Positions 54,601 through 64,000 of a stretch of DNA of 64,000 bases are shown piece by piece. The notes below the pieces were generated by a model. It saw nothing but the letters and a program-made list of their open reading frames with translations. It did not search any database and was not told the origin of the DNA. The DNA comes from the human T2T-CHM13v2.0 reference genome, Homo sapiens. The DNA is taken from assembly GCF_009914755.1 (NCBI RefSeq), contig NC_060933.1, one strand, 5' to 3'. Position numbers and translations under genes: made by a program. Every line of letters starts with the position of its first letter. Positions within the stretch are counted from its first letter, which is position 1.

Positions 54601-57290
54601 TTCCATTCCACTCCATTCCATTCCATTCCATTCCATTCCATTCCATTCCATTCCACTCCATTCCATTCCATTCCATTCCATTCCATTCCATTCCATTCCA
54701 TTCCATTGCACACGATTTCATTCCACTCCATTCCATTCCATTCCATTCCATTCCATTCCATTTCGCTCCATTCCATTCTATTCCGTACCATTCCATTCCA
54801 TTCCATTCCATTCCATTCCATGCCATTCTACTCGGGTTGATTCCATTCCTTTCCATTCCATTCGAGTTGAACCCATTCCATTCCATTCCATTCCATTCCA
54901 TTCCATTCCATTCCATTCCATTGCACACGTGTTTATTTCATTCCATTCCATTCCATTCCATTCCATTCCATTTCGTTCCATTCCATTCTATTCCATACCA
55001 TTCGATTCCATTCCATTCCATTAGACTCCATTCCATGCCATTCCACTCGGGTTTATTCCATTCCTTTCCATTCCATTCGGGTTGAATCCATTCCATTCCA
55101 TTCCATTCCATTCCATTCGATTCCATTACGTTGCACTCGTGTTGTTTCCATTCCATTCCATTCCATTCCATTCCATTCCATTCCATGCCATTCCACTCGG
55201 GTTGATTCCATTCCATTCCATTCCATTCGAGTCGAACCCATTCCATTCCATTCCATTCCATTCCATTCCATTCCATTCCATTGCACACGGTTTCATTCCA
55301 TTCCATTCTATTCCATTTTGTTCCATTCCATTCTATTCCGTACCATTCCATTCCATTCCATTCCATTCCACTCCATTTCATTCCATTCCATGCCATTCCA
55401 CTCGGGTTTATTCCATTCCTTTCCATTCCATTCGGGTTGAATCCATTCCTTTCCATTCCATTCCGTTCAATTCCATTCCATTGCACTCGGGTTGATTCCA
55501 TTCCATTCCATGCCATTCCATTTCATTCCGTTCCATTCCATTCCATTACATTCGGATTGATTCTTTTCAATTCCCTTACACTCCATTACATTCCATTCCA
55601 TTCGGGTAGTTTCCATTCCATTCGATTCCATTACACTCCATTGCATTGCACTCGGGTTGATTGATTCCATTCCATTGCATTCCATTCCATTCAATTCCAT
55701 TCCGGATGATTCCATTCCATTGCATTCCATTCCATTCCATTCCCCTGCACTCGGGTTGATTCCATTCCATTCCATTCCATTCCATTCCTTTCCATTCCAT
55801 TCCATTCCATTCCATTCCATTCCATTCCATTCCATTGCATTCCATTCCGTTCCATTCCATTTCATTACATTCAGATTTATTCTATTCAACTCCCTTACAC
55901 TCCATTATATTCCAATCCATTCTGGTTGTTTCCATTCCATTCCATTCCATTTCACTCCATTCCCTTGCACTCGGGTTGATTCCATTCCATTCCATTCCAT
56001 TGCATTCCATTCCATTCCATTCCGGATCATTCCATTCCATTGCATTCCATTGCATTCCATTCCCCTGCACTCGTGTTGATTCCATTCCCTTCCATTCCAT
56101 TCCATTCCGTTCCATTCCAATCCATTCCATTCTATTCCGGTTAATTCCATTCCATTCCATTCCATTGCATTCCATTCCATTCCATTCCATTGCAATCGAG
56201 TTGATTCCATTACATTCCTTTCCATTCCATTCCATTGCCTTGCATTCCACTCGGGTTGATTCCATTCCCTTCTTTCCACTCCATTACATTCCCTTCCATT
56301 CCACTCGGAATGATTGATTCCATTCCATTCCATTCCATTTCATTCCATTGCAATCCATTCCAATCCATTCCATTCCATTCCATTCCACTCGAGTTGTCTT
56401 CATTCCATTCCTTTCCATTCCATTCCATTCCTTTCCACTCGAGTTGATTCCATTCCATTCCAATACATTGCAATCCATTCCATGCCATTCCACTCGGGTT
56501 GATTCCATTCCTTTGCATTCCATTCCATTCCATTCCATTGCATTCCATTCCATTCCATTCCGTTGCATTCCATTCAATTACATTCGGATTGATTCTATTC
56601 AACTCCCTTACTCTCCATTACATTACATTCCATTCGGGTTGTTCCATTCCATTCCATTCCATTCGACTCCATTCCATTGCACTCGGGTTGATTCCATTCC
56701 ATTCCATTCCATTCCATTCCATTCCATTCCGGATGATTCCATTCCATTGCATTCCGTTCCATTACATTCCCCTGCACTCGGGTTGATACCATTCCATTCC
56801 ATGCCATTCCATTCCATTCCATTCCATTCCCGGTGATTCCATTCCATTGCATTCCATTCCATTCCATTCCCCTGCACTCGGGTTGATTCCATTCCATTCC
56901 ATTCCATTCCGTTCCATTCCATTCCATTACATTCTATTCTGGTTAATTCCATTCCATTCCTTTCGATTCCATTCCATTCCATTCCATTCCATTGCAATCG
57001 AGTTGATTCCATTCCATTCCATTCCATTCCGTTCCGGATGATTCTATTCCATTCCATTCCATTCCATTCCATTCCCCTGCAGTTGGGTTGATTCCATTCC
57101 ATTCCATTCCATTCCATTCCATTCCATTCCGTTCCATTCCATTCCATTCCATTCTATTCGGGTTAATTCCATTCCATTCCATTCCATTCCATTCCATTCC
57201 ATTCCATTCCAATCGAGTTGATTCCATTCCATTCCATTCCATTCCATTCCATTCCATTCCAGTCCTTTCCATTCCATTCCACTCGGGTTG
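51690..57290 (-). repeat. ~1.3-kb direct repeats (~51690-52960 and ~56015-57290), offset ~4.32 kb
   Basis: Near-identical ORF translations at +4327 (51908/56235, 52021/56348, 52172/56499). TTGATACC 52451/56783. TCTGGTTAAT 52621/56938. Confidence 0.82.
53330..55760 (-). repeat. Inverted paralogue of ~25760-28150
   Basis: The same diagnostic variants occur in reverse-complement collinear order, with coordinate sums of about 81,460-81,520. Confidence 0.85.
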
Positions 57291-60200
57291 ATTCCATTCT
57301 ATTCATTTCCATTCCATTCCATTCCATTGAAATCGAGTTGATTCCATTGTTTTGCATTCCATTCCATTGCATTCCATTCCGGATGATTCCATTCCATTGC
57401 ATTCCGTTAAATTACATTCCCCTGCACTCGGGTTGATACCATTCCATTCCACTCCATTCCATTCCATTCCCGATGATTCCATTCCATTGCATTCCATTGC
57501 ATTCCATTCCCCTGCACTCGGGTTGATTACATTCCATTTCCATCCTTCCATTCCTTTCCATTCCATTCCATTCCATTCTATTCGGGTGAATTCCATTCCA
57601 TTCCATTCCATTCCATTCCATTCCATTCCATTCCATTCCATTCCGTTCCGTTCCATTCCAATCCATTCCATTCTATTAGGGATAATTCCTTTCCATTCCA
57701 TTCGATTGCAATCGTGTTGATTCCATTCCATTCCATTCCGTTCCATTCCATTCCATTCCATTCCTTTCCATTCCATTACGGATGATTCCATTCCATTGCA
57801 TTCCATTCCATACCATTCCCCTGTACTCGGGTTGATTTCATTCCACTGCATTCCAATCCATGCCCTTGCACTCGTGTTGATTCCATTCTTTCCATTCCAT
57901 TCAAGTTGAATCCATTCCATTGCATTCCATTCCATTCGATTCCATTCGATTGCACTCGGGTTGATTCCATTCCATTGCATTCCATTCCATTCCATTCCAT
58001 TCCATTCCATTCCATTCCAATCCATTCCGTTCCATTCCATTCCATTACATTCGGATTGATTCTATTCACTTCCCTTACACTCAATTACATTCCATTCCAT
58101 TCAGGTAGTTTCCATTCGATTCCATTCCATTCCTCTCCATTCCATTGCACTCGGGTTGATTCCCTTCCATTGCATTCCATTCCATTCCATTCAATTCCAT
58201 TCCGTTCCATTCCATTCCATTACATTCGGATTGATTCTATTCAACTCCCTTACTCTCCATTGCATTCCATTCCGTTTGGGTTGTTCCATTCCATTCCATT
58301 CCATTCCACTCCATTCCATTGCACTCGGGTTTATTCTATTCCATTCCATTCCATTCCATTCCATTCCATTCCGGATGATTCCATTCCATTGCATTCCGTT
58401 CCATTACATTCCCCTGCACTCGCGTTGATTCCATTCCATTCCATTCAATTCCATTCCATTACAATTCGTTCCATTCCATTCTATTCCGTACCATTCCATT
58501 CCATTCCATACCATTCTATTCCATTCCATTCCATTCAATTCCGTTCCATTCCGTTCCATTGCATTCCATTCCATTCTATTCGGGTTAATTCCATTCCATT
58601 CCATTCCATTCCATTCTATGCCATTCCATTGCAATCGAGTTGAATCCATTGCATTTCATTCCATTCCATTCCATTCCACTCGAGTTGATTTCATTCCATT
58701 CCTTTCCATTCCATTCCATTCCTTTCCACTCGAGTTGATTCCATTCCATTCCATTCCATTGCATTCCATTCCATGCCATTCCACTCGGGTTGATTCCATT
58801 CCATTCCATTCCATTCCATTCCATTCCATTCCATTCCATTGCATTCCATTCCATTCCTTTCCCCTACACTCGGGTTGATTCCATTCCATTCCATTCCATT
58901 TAATTCCATTCCATTCCATTCCATTCCATTCCAATCCGTTCCATTGCATTCCATTCTATTCCATTGCAATCGACTTGATTCCATTCCATTCCATTCCATT
59001 ACATTCCATTCCATTACATTCCATTCCATTTTGTTCCAATCCATTCTATTCCGAACCATTCCTTTCCATTCAATTCCATTCCATTCCTTTCCATTCCATG
59101 CCATTCCACTCGGGTTGATTCCATTCCTTTCCATTCCACTCGTGTTGAATCCAATCCATTCCATTCCATTCCATTCGAATCCATTCCATTGCACTCGGGT
59201 TGATTCCATTCCATTCCATTCCATTCGATTCCATTCCATTCCATTCCATTCCGTTCAATTCCATTTCATTACATTCAGATTGATTCTATTCAATTCCCTT
59301 ACACTCCATTATATTCCAATCCATTCTGGTTGTTTCCATTCCATTTCATTCCATTTCACTCCATTCCATTGCACTCGGTTTGATTCCATTCCATTCCATT
59401 CCATTCCATTCCGGATGATTCCATTCCATTGCATTCCATTCCATTCCATTCCCCTGCACTCAGGTTGATTCCATTCCATTCCATTCCACTCCATTCGGTT
59501 CCGTTCCATTCCATTCTATTGCATTCCATTCTATTCGGGTTAATTCCATTCCATTCTATTCCATTCCATTCCATTCCATTCCATTGCAATGGAGTTGATT
59601 CCATTCCATTCCATTCCATTCCGGATGATTCCATTCCATTGCATTCCATTCCATTCCATTCCCCTGCACTCGTGTTGATTCCATTACCTTCCATTCCATT
59701 CCATTCTGTTCCATTCCATTGCATTCCATTCTATTCCGGTTAATTCCATTCAATTCCATTCCATTCCATTGCATTCCATTGCAATCGAGTTGATTCCATT
59801 CCATTCCTTTCCATTCCATTCCATTGCCTTGCATTCCAATCGGGTTGATTCCATTCCCTTATTTCCACTCCATTACATTCCCTTCCATTCCACTCGGAAT
59901 GATTGATTCCATTCCATTCCATTCCATTTCATTCCGTTGCAATCCATTCCAATCTATTCCATTCCATTCCATTCCACTCGAGTTGATTTCATTCCATTCC
60001 TTTCCATTCCATTCCATTCCTTTCCACTCGAGTTGATTCCATTCCATTCCATTCCATTGCATTCCATTCCATGCCATTCCACTCGGGTTGATTCCATTCC
60101 TTTGCATTCCATTCCATTCCATTCCATTCCATTCCATTCCATTCCATTCCATTCCGTTGCATTCCATTCCATTACATTCGGATTGATTCTATTCAACTCC

Positions 60201-63200
60201 CTTACTCTACATTACATTCCATTCCATTCGGGTTGTTCCATTCCATTCCATTCCATTCCACTCCATTCCATTGCACTCGGGTTGATTCCATTCCATTCCA
60301 TTCCGGATGATTCCATTCCATTGCATTCCGTTCCATTACATTCCCCTGCACTCGCGTTGATTCCATTCCATTCCATTCCATTCCATTCAATTCCATTCCA
60401 TTACAATTCGTTCCATTCCATTCTATTCCGTACCATTCCATTCCATTCCATACCATTCCATTCCATTCCATTCCATTCCGTTCCATTCCGTTCCATTCCA
60501 TTCCATTCCATTCTATTCGGGTTTATTCCATTCCATTCCATTCCATTCCATTCTATTCCATTCCATTGCAATCGAGTTGAATCCGTTGCATTTCATTCCA
60601 TTCCATTCCATTCCATTCCATTCCGGAAGATTCCATTCCATTGCATTCCATTCCATTCCATTCCCCTGCACTCGCGTTGATTCCATTCCATTGCATTCCA
60701 TTCCATTCCATTCCATTCCGTTCCGTTCCGTTCCGTTCCGTTCCATTCCATTCCATTCCTTTCCATTCCATTCGGTTTGAAGACATTCCATTCCATTCCA
60801 TTCCATTCCATTCCATTCCATTCCATTCCATTGTACTAGGGGTTGATTCCATTCCATTGCATTCCATTCCATTCCATTCCGGATGATTCCATTCCATTGC
60901 ATTCCATTCCATTCCATTCCCCTGCACTCGGGTTGATTCCATTCCATTCCATTCCATTACATTCCGTTCCATTCCATTCCATTACATTCGGATTGATTCT
61001 ATTCAATTCCCTTACACTCCATTACATTCCATTCCATTCCGGTAGTTTCCATTCCATTCCATTCCATTCCTCTCCATTCCATTGCACTCGGGTTGATTCC
61101 ATTCCATTCCATTCCATTCCATTCCATTCCATTCCATTCCATTCCATTCCGTTCCATTGTACTCGGGTTGATTCCATTCCATTGCATTCCATTCCATTCC
61201 ATTCCATTCCATTCCGTTCCATTCCATTACATTCGGATTGATTCTATTCAACTCCCTTACTCTCCATTACATTCCATTCCATTCGGGTTTTTCCATTCCA
61301 TTCCATTCCATTCCACTCCATTCCATTGCACTCGGGTTGATTCCATTCCATTCCATTCCATTCCATTCGATTCCATTCCATTCCAATTCATTCCATTCCA
61401 TTCTATTCCGTACCATTCCATTCCATTCCATACAATTCAATTCCATTCCATTCCACTCCGTTCCGTTCCGTTCCGTTCCGTTCCGTTCCGTTCCATTCCA
61501 TTCCATTCTATTCGGTTTAATTCCATTCCATTCCATTCCATTCCATTCCATTCCATTCTATTCCATTCCATTGCAATCGAGTTGAATCCATTGCATTCCA
61601 TTCCATTCCATTCCATTCCAATCCATTCCGGAAGATTCCATTCCATTCCATTCCATTCCATTCCATTCCATTCCATTCCGTTCCATTCCATTCCATTCCA
61701 TTCCATTGTACTCGGGTTGATTCCATTCCATTGCATTCCATTCCATTCCATTCCATTCCATTCCATTCCGTTCCATTCCATTCCATTACATTCGGATTGA
61801 TTCTTTTCAACTCCCTTACTCTCCATTACATTCCATTCCATTCGGGTTGTTCCATTCCATTCCATTCCATTCCACTCCATTCCATTGCACTCGGGTTGAT
61901 TCCATTCCATTCCATTCCATTCCATTCCGGATGATTCCTTTCCACTGCATTCCGTTCCATACATTCCCCTGCACTCGGGTTGATTCCATTCCATTCCATT
62001 CCATTCGATTCCATTCCATTCTACTGCACTCGCGTTGATTCCATTCCATTCCATTCCATTCCATTCCATTCCTTTCCATTCCAGTCCTTTCCATTCCATT
62101 CCACTCGGGTTGATTCCATTGTATTAATTTCCATTCCATTCCATTCCCTTCCATTCCACTCTGGTTGATTCCATTCCTTTCCATTCCACTCGAATACATT
62201 CCCTCCTATTCCACTCGGAACGATTCCATTCCATTCCATTCCATTCCAGTCCATTCCATTCCATTCCATTTCGTTCCATTCCATCCTATTCCGTATCATT
62301 CCATTCCATTCCATTCCATTCCATTCCATTCCATTCCACTCGTGTTGATTCCATTCCTTTCCATTCCATTCGGTTTGAAGGCATTCCATTCCATTCCATT
62401 CCATTGTACTCGGGTTGATTCCATTCCATTGCATTCCATTCCATTCCATTCCATTCCATTCCGTTGCATTCCATTCCATTACATTCTGATTGATTCTATT
62501 CAACTCCCTTACTCTCCATTACATTCCATTCAATTCGGGTTGTTCCATTCCATTCCATTCCATTCCACTCCATTCCATTGCACTCGGGTTGATTCCATTC
62601 CATTCCATTCCATTCCATTCCATTCCATTCCATTCCATTCCGGATGATTCCATTCCATTGCATTCCGTTCCATTACATTCCCCTGCACTCGCGTTGATTC
62701 CATTCCATTCCATTCCATTCCATTGAATTCCATTCCATTACAATTCGTTCCATTCCATTCTATTCCGTACCATTCCATTCCATTCCATACCATTCCATTG
62801 CATTCCATTCCATTCCATTCCATTTCATTCCACTCCATTCCAGTCCTTTCCATTCCATTCCAATCAGGTTGATTCCATTCTATTCCTTTCCATTCCATTC
62901 CTTTCCATTGCAATCGAGTTGATTCCATTGCTTTGCATTCCATTCCATTCCATTCCATTCCGGATGATTCCATTCCATTGCATTCCATTCCATTCCATTC
63001 CCGTGCACTCGTGTTGAATCCATTCCATTCCACTCCATTCCGTTCCATTCCATTCCATTCCATTCCATTCCATTCCATTGTTTTCGGGTTAATTCCATTC
63101 CATTCCGTTCCATTCCATTCCATTCCATTCCATTACAATCGAGTTGATTCCATTCCATTCCATTCCATTCCATTTCAGTCCTTTCCATTCCATTCCACTC

Positions 63201-64000
63201 GGGTTGATTCCAATCTAATCTATTAGTTTCCATTCCATTCCATTCCCTTCCATTCCGCTCTGGTTGATTCCATTCCTTTCCATTCCACTCGAATACATTC
63301 TCTCCTATTCCACTCGGAACGATTCCATTCCATTCCATTCCATTCCATTCCATTCCATTCTATTCGGGTTAATTCCATTCCATTCCATTCGATTGCAATC
63401 GAGTTGATTCCATTCCATTCCATTCCATTCCATTCCGGATGATTCCATTCTATTGCATTCCATTCCATTCCATTCCCCTGCAGTCGGGTTGATTCCATTC
63501 CATTCCATTCCATTCCATTCCGTTCCATTCCATTCCATTCCATTCTATTCGGGTTAATTCCATTCCATTCCTTTCCATTCCATTCCATTCCATTCCAATC
63601 GAGTTGATTCCATTGCTTTGCATTCCATTCCATTCCATTCCATTCCGGATGATTCCATTCCATTGCATTCCATTCTATTCCACTCCATTCCAGTCCTTTC
63701 CATTCCATTACACTCGAGTTGATTCCGTTCTATTCCTTTCCATTCCATTCCATTCCATTGCAATCGAGTTGATTCCATTGCTTTGCATTCCATTCCATTC
63801 CATTCCATTCCGGATGATTCCATTCCATTGCATTCCATTCCATTCCATTCCCCTGCACTCGGGTTGATTCCATTCCATTCCACTCCATTCCGTTCCATTC
63901 TAGTCCATTCCATTGTATTCGGGTTAATTCCATTCCATTCCATTCCATTCCATTCCATTACAATGTAGTTGATTCCATTCAATTCCATTCCATTCCATTC

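Larger units (their letters stand above)
1..64000. repeat. Satellite III (HSat3)-type pentameric satellite array, (CATTC)n/(GGAAT)n with interspersed ~10-bp variant modules
   Basis: Continuous 5-bp periodicity across the window. ACTCGGGTTG recurs every ~60-200 bp, the classical Sat III interruption. CATTCGATTC (HSat2 signature) is only sporadic. No unique sequence is visible. Confidence 0.97.
41956..64000 (-). repeat. HSat3 domain 3 (CATTC on + strand)
   Basis: Resumes ttccattgcattctggttgtttccattcc at 41956 and stays CATTC to the end of the window. Confidence 0.97.

Noticed and set aside
80-63988. Hundreds of ORFs (up to 490 aa at 16577-18049) as protein-coding genes
   Set aside because: The pentamer has no stop codon in any frame and supplies ATG every 5 bp. 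Translations are MEWNG/IPFHS repeats in all six frames, with no domain or gene structure.
1-64000. CRISPR-like repeat/spacer reading of pentamer runs alternating with variant modules
   Set aside because: The modules are ~10 bp, drawn from a small recurring vocabulary and irregularly spaced. There are no unique spacers, leader or cas genes.
1-64000. Assignment to HSat2, to DYZ1, or to a named chromosome or subfamily
   Set aside because: CATTCGATTC is rare, which argues against HSat2. No regular ~3.6-kb period is seen, which argues against canonical DYZ1. A subfamily call needs a k-mer comparison I cannot run.

Overview
The whole 64-kb window is satellite DNA. It is a (CATTC)n/(GGAAT)n pentamer array punctuated by 9-10-bp variant modules (ACTCGGGTTG, CAATCGAGTTG, TTCGGGTTAA, CCGGATGATT, CCGGAAGATT), which is the signature of human/hominid classical Satellite III (HSat3). 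No credible gene, RNA gene, transposon or CRISPR array is visible, and every listed ORF is the MEWNG/IPFHS translation of the pentamer. The information lies in the architecture. (1) Two sharp strand switches (about 12,726 and about 41,954) bound a 29.2-kb inverted domain. Both junctions sit inside mirror-image homology, which suggests fold-back inverted duplication rather than a clean inversion. (2) A young higher-order repeat of about 4.4-4.9 kb lies at 12.85-26.6 kb. (3) Dispersed direct and inverted paralogous blocks recur, with offsets up to about 56 kb. (4) About 28 perfect three-unit heat-shock elements (TTCnnGAAnnTTC) are formed by one variant module and are confined to one of two interleaved sequence sub-types. 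Chromosome and HSat3 subfamily cannot be assigned from inspection. All alignments and counts were made by eye, so block edges are approximate.
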